From positions 160,001-224,000 of the forward strand of contig JBDRPD010000083.1 of assembly GCA_043827405.1 (NCBI GenBank): 64,000 bases of DNA, written 5' to 3'. Every line of letters begins with the position of its first letter. The stretch's first letter is position 1. Under the pieces are notes generated by a model that saw nothing but the letters and a program-made list of their open reading frames with translations, ran no database searches and was not told the DNA's origin. Source of the stretch: Elusimicrobiota bacterium. GTDB lineage: Bacteria > Elusimicrobiota > Elusimicrobia > UBA1565. Below, piece after piece: positions 9,305 through 19,256 of the stretch. The position numbers and the translations under genes are program-made.

Positions 9305-10762
9305 TTATTTCGCGGGCCGGACGATGGGCGGGTCGCCGGCCTCTATGATCTCGACGGTCGCGCCCTTCTCGATCGCGCCGCTGTCGGCGAGCGCCTCGAC
9401 AATCTGGGTGCCGAACTGCACCCGGCCTTCGGGTTTGAGCGGGCCCAGAGCGAGACCACGGCGCCCGACGGCCAGCTCGCCCTCCTCCGGAGTGTCGAGC
9501 GGCGCGGTGCTCCCCGCGTCGGTGTCGAGCGGGCCGCGATTGAACATCGGCAGGCGGGGGATCATGAACAGCAGCGATATGATGCCCGCGACCCCGCCGG
9601 CGCCCGCGGCGGCCAGGACCCAGAGAACTTCGCGCAGGCGGTCCCACTCCCAAGGAGCGTGCGGCACGACAAAAGGGACGATCATGAGATAGAATCCGAT
9701 CATCAGGCACAGGAAGCCCCCGATGCCTGCGAGCCCGAAGCCCGGCACCACGAAGATCTCGAGCGCGATCAGAAACAGTCCGGCCAGGACCAGCAGCAGA
9801 TCGAACCAGCCCGCCATGTCCGCCAGGTAATGGCCCCAGAAGACCACGATGAAGCAGGCGATGCCGGCGGCGCCCATCCAGCCGAAGCCGGGCATATGCA
9901 TCTCGCCGGAGATCAGCATGAAGCCGAGAAATACCAGCAGACTCGTCGCGGCGCTGCCGGTGATGATATCAATGAACTTTTCCAGCCCGGTCTTGCGGGC
10001 ATCGATCAGCGTCGGGTCCGGGATGTTTTCCCGGCGCAGCGCATACGTGATCGAGTCGGCCGGCTCGGCGAGCCCGTAGCGGATCGCCCGGCGGGCGCTG
10101 AGGTTCAGGAGCTTCCCCTTGGCGATGACCAGCTCGGGCTCGCCGCGGATTCGCCCTTCCTTCTTCAGGCGTTCCAGCTCCGGCGCGGTGACGAAGTGCG
10201 TTTCGCCGCCGGCGGTGACGCGATGAACTTCCAGGTCCTTGTCGACCATGGCGGCGGCGAGCGCCGCCGGGTAATTGTTGCGCTCGGCAAGGGCGCGGAA
10301 CTTCGCCCGCAGGGCGGAGATGTGCTTCTCTCCCGCCGCCTCCGTTTTGCCGCCGCCGCTCATCACGGGAGCGGCGGAGCCGATCGAGGCGCTTGGGGCC
10401 ATGTAGATTTTGCCGCAGGCGAGCGAGATCAGCGCCCCGGCCGACCAGGCCTTGTCCTCTACCCAGGCGAATACCGGGATATTGGGCTCCTGCGCCGCGC
10501 GGGCGATGTCGAGCGCCGCGTCCACGCGCCCGCCGAAAGTGTCGATGCGCAGGACAACGGCGCGCGCGTCTTCCCTGCCGGCGAGCGAGCGCCGGACATA
10601 GGAGGCGAGGCCATGGGTAATCTCGCCGTCGATATGGATGACCAGAACCTTGCTGCCGGCGGTCGTGGGAGCGGGTCCGCGGCTGGCGGCGAAGCCGACG
10701 GCCGCATAGAGCAGGCCGGCGGCCAATGCGGCCAGCGATCTTGTAAGCGGTTGCGCGTTCAT
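9305..10762 (-). CDS. nfeD: NfeD family membrane protease (ClpP-like domain + TM + OB fold)
   Basis: IDTFGGRVD, AWSAGALI, SIGSAAP, EIFVVPGFG, LKPEGRV. ATG at 10762 overlaps the upstream stop (ATGA). Confidence 0.88.
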   Translation of the reverse strand: MNAQPLTRSLAALAAGLLYAAVGFAASRGPAPTTAGSKVLVIHIDGEITHGLASYVRRSLAGREDARAVVLRIDTFGGRVDAALDIARAAQEPNIPVFAWVEDKAWSAGALISLACGKIYMAPSASIGSAAPVMSGGGKTEAAGEKHISALRAKFRALAERNNYPAALAAAMVDKDLEVHRVTAGGETHFVTAPELERLKKEGRIRGEPELVIAKGKLLNLSARRAIRYGLAEPADSITYALRRENIPDPTLIDARKTGLEKFIDIITGSAATSLLVFLGFMLISGEMHMPGFGWMGAAGIACFIVVFWGHYLADMAGWFDLLLVLAGLFLIALEIFVVPGFGLAGIGGFLCLMIGFYLMIVPFVVPHAPWEWDRLREVLWVLAAAGAGGVAGIISLLFMIPRLPMFNRGPLDTDAGSTAPLDTPEEGELAVGRRGLALGPLKPEGRVQFGTQIVEALADSGAIEKGATVEIIEAGDPPIVRPAK

Positions 10763-12651
10763 GCCTGAAGGTCCTGCTGCGCCTGTTGGTAGAGGAGCTT
10801 GCGTTCCGCCGCGATCATGCCGCGGATGTCCTGCGCGTTCATCTTGAGCTGCCGTCCGAAGGCCAGCAGGGTGTTCATCTCCGGCCGGGATATCTCGCCG
10901 TCGGCGAGGCTCATTTGGATGACGCCGCGGAGGAATATCCGAGCCTCCTCGGGCGTCTTCGGCGCCGGCACTTCCAGGTGTCCGCTGCGGGCCGCGCTGA
11001 GCAGCCCGTCGAGCTTGACCCGCGGTATCGTATGCTTCCTGGCATAGGCCTGCGCGAACGCCAGCTCCCGCTGGTCGATGCGGCCGTCGAGGATCATCGC
11101 CCCGACGAGCACGGCCAGCGCCTGTATGGGCGGCATGGCGCCCGACCAGCCGGCGTCCGCGCCGCGCGCCGCAACGCTCTCGGCGGCCAGCAGCGGAGTC
11201 GGCTGGCGCCACTGGCCGTGGGGCATGATGCCGGTCAGGACCCAGCGGCGGCTGCCGTCGTTGGCCGGCGAGCCGCAGAACTCGCAGGCGGCCTGCCGGC
11301 GCTCCGCGGGCGGCGCGCCGCAGCTCGCGCACAGCAGCGAGCGCAGCCCGGAGCCGGCGTCGGTCTTGGCGGCGGCCTGGCGGCTAAGGATGAAAACGTG
11401 GTGGTTGAGCACCGAGCCCTGAGCGGCGGCTTCGCCGTTATGGACCGCGAATTTCTCGCCGGACCATTTGACGAGGACGTGGGCCTTGTCGTCGGGCCGG
11501 CCCGCCTCTATCGCGAGGATATCGACGGCGCCCACGGCGGCGCCGCGGTACAGGGCGCGGGTGCGCGACTGGCTTTCCCGGTGCGCGGCGACCAGCGCCT
11601 CCGCGGCTACCGGGACCAGCGAGGAGGCCTCCGGCTCCCAGTGCGCCATCTGCCAGCGCCAGAAGACGGCCGAGGCGCGGTCCTCCAGGAACTGAACGTT
11701 GAGCGCGGGATCGCGCTGCTTGATCTCCACCAGCCCCGGAATCTGCGCCTCCGAGGTGCGGATGCGCCATTCGCAGGCTTGGGTGATTTCGGCGAGCACC
11801 CAGTCATACTCGCCGGAGCTGACCCAGGAGCCGCAGGCCGCGCATTTGGCGGCGTCGGCGATATCCAGCGGCGCCCCGCAGTTCGGGCAGAACCCTTCAA
11901 GCAGTCCGGGTTTTTTCAGGGTCTGCGCGCCCGGGCGCCGCAGGAAGGACCAGACCTCGATAAACTCTTCTTCTTTCCCGGAGCGGTTCTTGACGACGCT
12001 GTCGTCGTCCAGCCGCACGTCCTGGTCCACCGCCGAGGCGCGAACGCTTACATGGAGCGTGTCGAAGTGCGCGTCCGATTCGACATGGACCACGTCGGCT
12101 TTGAGAACCCGGACCTCGTGCATGCGGTTGCGGATGCCCATCGCCCGCTGCATGCGGATATAAATGGCGAAGCGCTCGTTGATCCCGTCGGAGATGAAGG
12201 CGCGCGCCGGGCCCATGTCTTGGTTCGACCAGGCCTCCTGGATGCGCAGGAAGGCCTTCTGCACCCGGTCGAGAAAGGCGGGCGTGCTGAAGCCCGGGTC
12301 GCGCTGATGGATCTTCGCGATGCCGGCCATGATGGCATGGGACTGGGCGCGCGCCGCGCCCTGCACGATGGTCCGCTGCGTGCGGCCCTCCCCGTTGATG
12401 GCGCCGAATACGCGCAGCATGACGAAGACGCCGATGACGGCGAGCCAGATGACGTTTTCCGTCCGGCTCATGCGCCGGCTGGAACGGTAGCCGCCGTAGC
12501 TGCCGCCGCTGAAACTTCCGCCGCTGAAACCACCGCCGCTGAAGCCTCCGCCGCCGCCCGAATAGCCGCCGCCGCCGCCGGCGCGGGCGAAGACGATCGG
12601 GGGCGCGAACAGGGCGAGCAGAAACAGGGCCAGCGCGAGGCGGCGGATCAC
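10759..12651 (-). CDS. Tim44-like domain protein: duplicated Tim44/Zn-ribbon module + TerB-like C-terminus
   Basis: Signal/Gly-rich ARAGGGGGY, RDPGFSTPAFLDRVQKAF..IQEAW, two CxxC..CxxC ribbons, LDGRIDQRE and ADGEISRPE TerB-like motifs. Confidence 0.75.
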   Translation of the reverse strand: MIRRLALALFLLALFAPPIVFARAGGGGGYSGGGGGFSGGGFSGGSFSGGSYGGYRSSRRMSRTENVIWLAVIGVFVMLRVFGAINGEGRTQRTIVQGAARAQSHAIMAGIAKIHQRDPGFSTPAFLDRVQKAFLRIQEAWSNQDMGPARAFISDGINERFAIYIRMQRAMGIRNRMHEVRVLKADVVHVESDAHFDTLHVSVRASAVDQDVRLDDDSVVKNRSGKEEEFIEVWSFLRRPGAQTLKKPGLLEGFCPNCGAPLDIADAAKCAACGSWVSSGEYDWVLAEITQACEWRIRTSEAQIPGLVEIKQRDPALNVQFLEDRASAVFWRWQMAHWEPEASSLVPVAAEALVAAHRESQSRTRALYRGAAVGAVDILAIEAGRPDDKAHVLVKWSGEKFAVHNGEAAAQGSVLNHHVFILSRQAAAKTDAGSGLRSLLCASCGAPPAERRQAACEFCGSPANDGSRRWVLTGIMPHGQWRQPTPLLAAESVAARGADAGWSGAMPPIQALAVLVGAMILDGRIDQRELAFAQAYARKHTIPRVKLDGLLSAARSGHLEVPAPKTPEEARIFLRGVIQMSLADGEISRPEMNTLLAFGRQLKMNAQDIRGMIAAERKLLYQQAQQDLQA

Positions 12652-13913
12652 CGCGGGTTCCCGCCTTGCTGTTGCTGCTGCTGCCCCATGACCTGATTGA
12701 GCATTTCCATGCTTTGACCGAGCATTTCGTTGACGCCGCGCGTGGCTTCGATCATCTCCTTAACGGTGCCGGCGCGGTCCGCCTTGGGGATATTGGGCAG
12801 GGTCTCGACCAATGACTGGCGGATGGGCCCGCTCATTTTCGGCCACTCCTTCACCAGCAGGCTGCTGGTGCGGCTGTCGAGGAGCAGCAGGGTTTCGTTG
12901 GGAGGATGCTGCATTTTCTGGTAGCGCTGCATCTCCTGGATGACGCCCATGGGATTGGTCTGCGCCTGGTGCATCGCCTGCTGGAAGTCGTTGTTGGCCT
13001 GCTCGTCGCCCAGCGCCTGCATCATGGCCGAGGCCGCCTGGATGGCCTGCTGGGGGTTCATCGGCTGCTGCTGTTGCTGCGTTCCGATGACGGCGGGCGG
13101 CCCGCCGAAGGAGGAGCTCTGCTGTGTTGAGATCTGTCCCTGGAAGTTGCCGAGCGACGACTTGAGGCGCTGGGCGGCTATGGCCGCCGAGATGCTGAGC
13201 AGCAGCCAGAAGACCGTTAAGGCGCCGAAGACCAGCCAGGCCTTCTTCTTGTCGACCCGGTGCAGGCCCGCCGCCGCATGAACGGCAAGGTAGAGCCCGC
13301 ATAGCTGGGGGATGATCGCTCCGGCATAGGGGATGAGGCCCAGAAGAGAACTAATAGGCATCAGCGCCGCCATGGCGGCGAAGGCGCCGAAGCTGCCGTT
13401 GTAGGAGACGCCGCCGCCGAGGACTTTGCACAGGACGTGGAAGATCGCGGCGCCGATGAAGCTCATGATGATCGCCACGATCGGCAGCATGAACAGCCCG
13501 CCGGTGGCGGCAGCGATCGTGAAGGGGACCGACTGGGTCTTGGCGTAAACCGTGAAGGCGGACAGCGGGGCGCTGATCAGCGCCCACAGGATGATGACGA
13601 CCAGCGGCGGGCCGAAGCCGCCGTTGGGGTTGATGCGGGAAAAGAAAAGCGTGGGCTGCTGGGCCATGAATACGGCATTGGCGATCAGCTTGCCGGGCTT
13701 GAAATCGATAAACCCGCCGACATCGGCTTCCCGGCCGGGGCCGATGGGCGCCGCGGCGGGCGGCGGCGGGACGTTTTGTGCCATGACGGCCCGGACCGCT
13801 TCCTCGATAGCTTCGGGGGGAAAGCCGTTGCCGGCCAGCGCCGTCTTGAGGCTTTCGATGGGGTAGCTGCCCATGTTCTGGCGCAGATAGTCGACGATTC
13901 TCTGGTCGGGCAT
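12648..13913 (-). CDS. Yip1-family membrane protein with Gln/Met-rich C-terminal extension
   Basis: P..FF motif followed by 5 TM helices (HVLCKVLGGGVSY, LLGLIPYAG). Confidence 0.75.
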   Translation of the reverse strand: MPDQRIVDYLRQNMGSYPIESLKTALAGNGFPPEAIEEAVRAVMAQNVPPPPAAAPIGPGREADVGGFIDFKPGKLIANAVFMAQQPTLFFSRINPNGGFGPPLVVIILWALISAPLSAFTVYAKTQSVPFTIAAATGGLFMLPIVAIIMSFIGAAIFHVLCKVLGGGVSYNGSFGAFAAMAALMPISSLLGLIPYAGAIIPQLCGLYLAVHAAAGLHRVDKKKAWLVFGALTVFWLLLSISAAIAAQRLKSSLGNFQGQISTQQSSSFGGPPAVIGTQQQQQPMNPQQAIQAASAMMQALGDEQANNDFQQAMHQAQTNPMGVIQEMQRYQKMQHPPNETLLLLDSRTSSLLVKEWPKMSGPIRQSLVETLPNIPKADRAGTVKEMIEATRGVNEMLGQSMEMLNQVMGQQQQQQGGNPR

Positions 13914-13920
13914 AATAGGC

Positions 13921-13949
13921 AATATACCGCGCTTTGACGACGGAAGCAA
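13921..13949 (-). promoter_or_regulatory. Putative sigma70 promoter, leaderless geometry, heading the Yip1 operon
   Basis: Minus strand TTGCTT-N17-TATATT-N7-ATG(13913). Confidence 0.55.
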
Positions 13950-13980
13950 GACCCGGCGGGCCCCCTAGCGTATTTCCTAT

Positions 13981-15918
13981 ATGCAAGCTATGCTCTTCTC
14001 AGCGGTGAAAAAGAAGGGCAATAAAAAGTCGGAAAAATTCGGCACGGTTCTGGGCTGCGCTCCCGGAAACGTGCCGGTTTACTCGTCGGACTACGGTACG
14101 GTCGACAAAGAGCGGCTTCCCACGCGGCATACCTTCCGGAGCTATGTCGATGGGATATTCATGGGGTACAAATGGCAGTGCGTGGAGTTCGCCCGACGCT
14201 GGCTGTACCTGAACCGCGGGTTTGTTTTCGACGATATCGCGATGGCATACGATATATTCCGTCTCAAATCCGTTCGGGTGGTTAAAGACGGCGCCGTTCT
14301 GCCGCTCCACTCGTTCGCCAACGGATCGGCACGGCTTCCCGAACCGGGCTGCCTGCTCATATGGAACGAGGGCGGGGAATTCGCGGATGCGGGGCATGTG
14401 GCTGTCGTTACGGAAGTTTTTCCCGATCGAATCCGTTTCGTGGAGCAGAATGTCGAGCATGAGTTATGGCCGGCAGGACAAAATTATTCCCGGGAGCTGC
14501 GCGCAAAAGAAGATGAGAACGGCGGCTACTGGATAGAGTGCTTTTACAGCGGAGCGACCATCCTGGGCTGGGTCATTCAGACCGGCGATCCGCAGGGGGC
14601 GGAAATCTTCCCGGACCTCGATATAGAGCTGCTGAATCTTCAGGCGCGCGAGGTTAAGAACCGCGGCCAGGCCAACCGATCCTGGCTCAATGTCGCCAAT
14701 CCCGATGAGGCCGCCTATGTGGCTGTCCAGGGTCACAAGGTGACCGACAGGAAGGACAAGGAGTATAAGTATTTTTGTATTTCCGAATCGGCGTACGGCG
14801 AGCTCAAGCGGGCGACCAACCAGCTGCATTCCATGTTCATGCACGCCACCGACTATGTGCTGCAGAATGAAGCGGTGCTGGAGAGGTTTTGCATTCCCCG
14901 GCCTCTCTGGTCCAGGCTTCGGCGGTCATGGGACAATCGCCGCAATCAGGCGATAACCGGGAGGCTTGATTTTTCGGTCTCGGAGAACGGGATAAAAATC
15001 TATGAATACAACGCTGATTCCGCCGCCTGCTATATGGAATGCGGAGTCATCCAGACAAAATGGTCCAAGCACTTCGGCTGCAAGGAAGGATGGTGCGCGG
15101 GAGAGAAGCTGCACCGCGAGCTGGTCGACGCCTGGAAGGACAGCGAAGTGGACGGCATCCTGCATATCATGCGGGATAATGATCGCGAGGAGGCTTATCA
15201 TGCCCTCTTCATGAAAGCGGCGATCGAGCAGGCCGGAATCGAGTGCCGGGTAATCACCGGATGCAGGGGGCTGTCCTGGGACGCGGACGGACGGGTCATC
15301 GATTCGGCGGGCGTTCCCATTCGCTGGGTTTGGAAAACGTGGGCATGGGAAACGGCGCTGGATCAAATCCGCGCCGAATGCGACGAAGATGATACGCGGG
15401 AGCCGCAATCCCTGCTGCGGGGTCCCGCGAGGGGGGCGCCCCGCTTGGTCGACGTGCTGCTGGGAGAGGATGTTCTGGTTTTTGAGCCCCTCTGGACGCT
15501 GATCCCGAGCAACAAGGCGATTCTTCCCGTGCTATGGACCCTGTATCCCGGCCACCCGTACCTGCTTGATTCACAGTTTGAGCTGACTGCGGAGTTGCGG
15601 GGAAAGGGGTTCGTGGCAAAGCCCATCGTGGGGCGCTGCGGGGCCAATATAAGTATTTTCAGCAAAGACGACTCTCTGGTCTCCCGGACCGGCGGTCAGT
15701 TCGAAAAGCGTGAGCAGATCTATCAGGAGTTCTTTCCTCTGCCGAAAATCGACGGCGACAATGTGCAGGTCGGGACGTTTCCGGTGTCCGGAGTGTTTGC
15801 CGGGGCCAACGTCAGAATGGACCCATCTCTCATCCTGGTGTCCGACAGCGACATGCCCGCATTAAGAGTGGTCAACGACGAGGCGCTGCTGGACGGCGGG
15901 CGGCTTAGGGGGTCTTAG
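13981..15918 (+). CDS. gss: Bifunctional glutathionylspermidine amidase/synthetase
   Basis: CHAP amidase KWQCVEFARRW..GHVAVV; synthetase GRLDF, YEYNADS, WKTWAWETA, FEPLWTLIPSNKAILP, KPIVGRCGANI. Start may be GTG 14005. Confidence 0.93.
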   Translation: MQAMLFSAVKKKGNKKSEKFGTVLGCAPGNVPVYSSDYGTVDKERLPTRHTFRSYVDGIFMGYKWQCVEFARRWLYLNRGFVFDDIAMAYDIFRLKSVRVVKDGAVLPLHSFANGSARLPEPGCLLIWNEGGEFADAGHVAVVTEVFPDRIRFVEQNVEHELWPAGQNYSRELRAKEDENGGYWIECFYSGATILGWVIQTGDPQGAEIFPDLDIELLNLQAREVKNRGQANRSWLNVANPDEAAYVAVQGHKVTDRKDKEYKYFCISESAYGELKRATNQLHSMFMHATDYVLQNEAVLERFCIPRPLWSRLRRSWDNRRNQAITGRLDFSVSENGIKIYEYNADSAACYMECGVIQTKWSKHFGCKEGWCAGEKLHRELVDAWKDSEVDGILHIMRDNDREEAYHALFMKAAIEQAGIECRVITGCRGLSWDADGRVIDSAGVPIRWVWKTWAWETALDQIRAECDEDDTREPQSLLRGPARGAPRLVDVLLGEDVLVFEPLWTLIPSNKAILPVLWTLYPGHPYLLDSQFELTAELRGKGFVAKPIVGRCGANISIFSKDDSLVSRTGGQFEKREQIYQEFFPLPKIDGDNVQVGTFPVSGVFAGANVRMDPSLILVSDSDMPALRVVNDEALLDGGRLRGS

Positions 15919-16804
15919 CCGTCATCGCCAGCTTGAATATCTCGGTCACGTCGCTGGAGAAGGCGAATTCGAACCGCGGATCCAGCACATAGGCCTTGAT
16001 TTTCAGCGTCGTGCGCAGCTGCTTTTCCGACGGCGCATCCTGGAACAGCACGACGATCGGCTTGGCGAGATTTATGTAGCGGGAGGTGACAGCCGCCTCC
16101 CATGCGGTGCGTTTCGCCGCGAGCAGGTCGGTTTCCGGCGGCAGCGTGATTTCCGTGACGACCTGGCAGGTCAGTGCTCCGGAATTGGCGTTCGCTATGA
16201 TGCGGTTGACGATCTCCGCGTTGGGGACCGTAACCAGATTGTCGTCCGATGTGACGAGCCGCACGGTGCGCAGCCCAATGCCGACGACCTCGCCGTAGTG
16301 TTCTCCGATGCGGATCTTGTCGCCGACCTGGAATGGACGATCCAGGATAATGACCAGCCCGCCGAAGATATTCTTTAAGATGTCCTGGGAGGCAAAACCG
16401 ATGGCGACTCCGGAAGCGGTTAGTACGGCGAAAAACGCGTCCCTGGTCGGAGAGAATACCCAGCGGACGATGATATAGGCGGTGCCCGCCCATACCAGTA
16501 CGCGGATGATCGGAATGCCCTTTTTGAGGAAGCGGTAGCGCGCGCTGCGTTCCCCGATAAGGTCGAGCAGGTAAGTGCTGGTTAAGATGGCCAGCCAGGC
16601 GAGTGCGAACAAGAGCGCCGCGATGAGGATCTTTAGGGAAAGCCTTGACGCGCCGCGGCGGACCTCGCCCAGTTTCTGCTGCCCCGTGACCGGCGTCGAA
16701 GCGGCCTCCGTCGTCGGCACGGAGACGGCGGCGTGAGATGTCGCGACGGCCGCGAAAGCGGTGGGGACCAGAAGGACGATAATGAGCGGCAGCGCTTTAT
16801 GCAT
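15905..16804 (-). CDS. MscS-family mechanosensitive channel
   Basis: GVAIGFASQDILKNIFGG, RPFQVGDKI, GEVVGIGLRTV, VTVPN. Confidence 0.92.
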   Translation of the reverse strand: MHKALPLIIVLLVPTAFAAVATSHAAVSVPTTEAASTPVTGQQKLGEVRRGASRLSLKILIAALLFALAWLAILTSTYLLDLIGERSARYRFLKKGIPIIRVLVWAGTAYIIVRWVFSPTRDAFFAVLTASGVAIGFASQDILKNIFGGLVIILDRPFQVGDKIRIGEHYGEVVGIGLRTVRLVTSDDNLVTVPNAEIVNRIIANANSGALTCQVVTEITLPPETDLLAAKRTAWEAAVTSRYINLAKPIVVLFQDAPSEKQLRTTLKIKAYVLDPRFEFAFSSDVTEIFKLAMTAKTP

Positions 16805-19256
16805 GGATGAAGTTTTTGTCCCGGAGCGCTTCCAGCACCGGGCCCAGCAGGATGGGATTGGGCGCATACCGCGGTTCGGCGCCTTCCTCGCGGCGGCACG
16901 ACAAAATCCGCCGGTGCGTCAGGTAGTCCAGCAAGGTCCGGCTCTCGGTGAGGGGCGAGCGCAGCAGCTGTGAGAGGAGCGGTGCGGTGAGGTGGTCGTG
17001 CTCGAGCGTGTAGAGCATCCCGAACAGCTCGCTCAGGGTGAGGTCGCCCAGAATTTCCTTACGGAAGGGCGAGAGCGGCGCGACGTGGACTTTCCGCCGG
17101 CCCTCGCTCTGGGTTGAGCGCAGCCAATAGTACAGAGCGGCGTGCAGGTTGCGTCCGGCGGCGGCATGCAGAGTATCGAAGAACTCCTCGCACAGGATCG
17201 CCTGGCGCTTCTCCCGGTCTTTAGCCTGGCGCAGCTTCCACCGGATATCGGCCGACAGGCTGGGGCCCTCAGTGAACTCTAGATCGTAGCCGCTGACCTC
17301 GTGACGAGCCATGAGCGCGGATTCGAGTTCCGTCCGGTCGAGGCCTCGGAGCATGATGCACGAGTCGAAGCGTTTAAAGATATCAAAGGTCCGGTCCAGG
17401 TAATCCCATCCGGCCTGTGAAAAAGTGATGATCCAACACGCCTTTCCCTCGGTGTTGGAGAGCAGTGAGAAAAGGGAGCGTACAGCGTCGAAGCCGCCGA
17501 CGCGCCGGAGGTGGAGCATGCTTCCGCCCTCGATGACGAACACCGGCCTGTCGGGCAAGGCGCGAATCGCGGAGACGAGGTTCGGGAGGGCATTCTCCCG
17601 GACCGGGGTGCTCCATCCGATGGATGTCGAGATGAGCTCGACAAAATCGGACTCGGAGCTTAGATGTTTTTGGAGCTGTATCCACGCCGGCTTTTGGTCG
17701 GGGAAGTGTCTTTGCAGTGCGCAGCGGGTGAAGCTGGTCTTGCCCAGCCCCACCGGGCCGATGACGGCGACGGCCGCCGACAGGCCGGAGTTGAACCGCT
17801 GGCGGATGGCCCGCATGGCGGGCATGAATTTCTCGCATCCGGTCAGGAAATCCTCGTCGGTTAGGGGCTCGAAGCGGAACAGGCGGCGGTAGAGGAGCGG
17901 GGTATTCTTGAGCGCGAACTCAATGGTCGCCTCCTCCAGAGTCGCTTGGGAGAGTTCGATCTGCGGCTTCTTGATGCCCAGGGCGGTTTGCAGGCCGGCA
18001 AAGGCTTCCCGCCCGCGGGCACGCAAGGCCTCTGTCCAGGAACGGGTGGAGTGGAGTTTGCGTTGGCCCCGTTCTTCGAACAGACGCCAGGTCGACAGAA
18101 GCGATGCGGTCGCGACCGCCACCCGTTCGCCGAACGTATCGGCGACGTCACAATCGCGACGAAGCTGCTTGCCTGCCCGCTCGACCGCCGTCGACACGGC
18201 GGCGGCGAAAGCCGTGGTGAGAGTTTCTATTTCTTCGGGCAGCTTCTCGATGCGGGCTCCGGTGCGGTCGATCCCGTCGAGCGCGAGCTGGAGGGCTTCG
18301 CCCGGCGGTTCCGCGGCGGTTCCCTCGTCGCCGTCAAGCAACGCTCCCGCGGAGTGCAGATTAAATCTGGCGATCTTGGCGCTCTCCCGCATCTGGGTGG
18401 AGGACTCCGCATAATCCCGGTCCAGCGTTTCAGCGGGTGGGCGAAGATCATCGATCATGTCCTCCAGCAGGATGCGGACCACGATGGAGCGCAGCGGAAT
18501 GCGGCGCACTCTTCCCTGGGCTCTGGCTTTGCCGGTCAAGCTGGTCAGAAACAGCGTCAACCGGCGCTGCAGCTTGAACGCACGCACGAACAGGGTGTCT
18601 CCCGGTTCGGCGCCGAGCTGTTCCTTTGTCTGACGAACCCGGTATTCGAGAGGAACGCTTTGCGCAAGCTTGAGGAGCTCTGCGCGCAGGTGTCGAACCG
18701 CGGATAGGCCCAAAGGCGCCGCAGCGGCGGTGTGGCGATGTTCGGATGCCGCGCTGAGTAGGAGGTGCCCTATCATGCGGGCTTCGCTTTCCAGGAGTTC
18801 AATTTGGGCGGATGATTCCTTATCCCGGAAGGCCTTTTTTAACCGGTCGGCGGAAAGCCGGCACTCTTCGAGAATCGAGCGGGAGACCTGCTGCGCCCGC
18901 GCACCCGCTTGTTCCGTCGCTTTAGCTGAGACGGCGGCGGCGGCTCGGGCGAGGTCATCAAGGACCAAAGAGACGCTTTCTTCGAGGTGCTGGGATTGGT
19001 CGTCAGCGTCGGCGCCGGGTATCTCGGGGGGGAAGGCTGTGACCCAGAACTGGCGCAGTTGGTTCCAGAGGGCCCGCCGCACGACCAGGGCGAGGCGGGT
19101 CACACGGTCGAGCAACCAATAGGCGAGAAGCGCTCCTACCGCGAGCGCCGCGAGCTTGGCGCCATACGCATAGTCTCCCAGTACGGGTAGGGGTTGGTCG
19201 AGCCAAGCCAGCAGCGCGTGCCAGGAAAGATGCAGCGGTCGCAGATGCGTCATCAC
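16797..19256 (-). CDS. Large P-loop (AAA-like) NTPase with N-terminal TM/helical region and C-terminal wHTH-like tail
   Basis: Walker A GPVGLGKT, atypical Walker B FVIEGG; overlaps the mscS start. Confidence 0.7.
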   Translation of the reverse strand: MMTHLRPLHLSWHALLAWLDQPLPVLGDYAYGAKLAALAVGALLAYWLLDRVTRLALVVRRALWNQLRQFWVTAFPPEIPGADADDQSQHLEESVSLVLDDLARAAAAVSAKATEQAGARAQQVSRSILEECRLSADRLKKAFRDKESSAQIELLESEARMIGHLLLSAASEHRHTAAAAPLGLSAVRHLRAELLKLAQSVPLEYRVRQTKEQLGAEPGDTLFVRAFKLQRRLTLFLTSLTGKARAQGRVRRIPLRSIVVRILLEDMIDDLRPPAETLDRDYAESSTQMRESAKIARFNLHSAGALLDGDEGTAAEPPGEALQLALDGIDRTGARIEKLPEEIETLTTAFAAAVSTAVERAGKQLRRDCDVADTFGERVAVATASLLSTWRLFEERGQRKLHSTRSWTEALRARGREAFAGLQTALGIKKPQIELSQATLEEATIEFALKNTPLLYRRLFRFEPLTDEDFLTGCEKFMPAMRAIRQRFNSGLSAAVAVIGPVGLGKTSFTRCALQRHFPDQKPAWIQLQKHLSSESDFVELISTSIGWSTPVRENALPNLVSAIRALPDRPVFVIEGGSMLHLRRVGGFDAVRSLFSLLSNTEGKACWIITFSQAGWDYLDRTFDIFKRFDSCIMLRGLDRTELESALMARHEVSGYDLEFTEGPSLSADIRWKLRQAKDREKRQAILCEEFFDTLHAAAGRNLHAALYYWLRSTQSEGRRKVHVAPLSPFRKEILGDLTLSELFGMLYTLEHDHLTAPLLSQLLRSPLTESRTLLDYLTHRRILSCRREEGAEPRYAPNPILLGPVLEALRDKNFIHA

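Noticed and set aside
10763..11332. N-terminal extension of NfeD in the ORF track
   Set aside because: It overlaps the Tim44 gene in another frame; the ATGA-coupled start at 10762 gives a normal signal peptide.
12490..12580. GCC-rich repeats as a non-coding element
   Set aside because: Explained by the Gly-rich GGGFSGG segment of the Tim44 protein.
7531..12696. Long plus-strand ORFs (7531-9270, 8807-10768, 10786-12696)
   Set aside because: Antisense shadows of well-supported minus-strand genes in high-GC DNA; no recognisable motifs.
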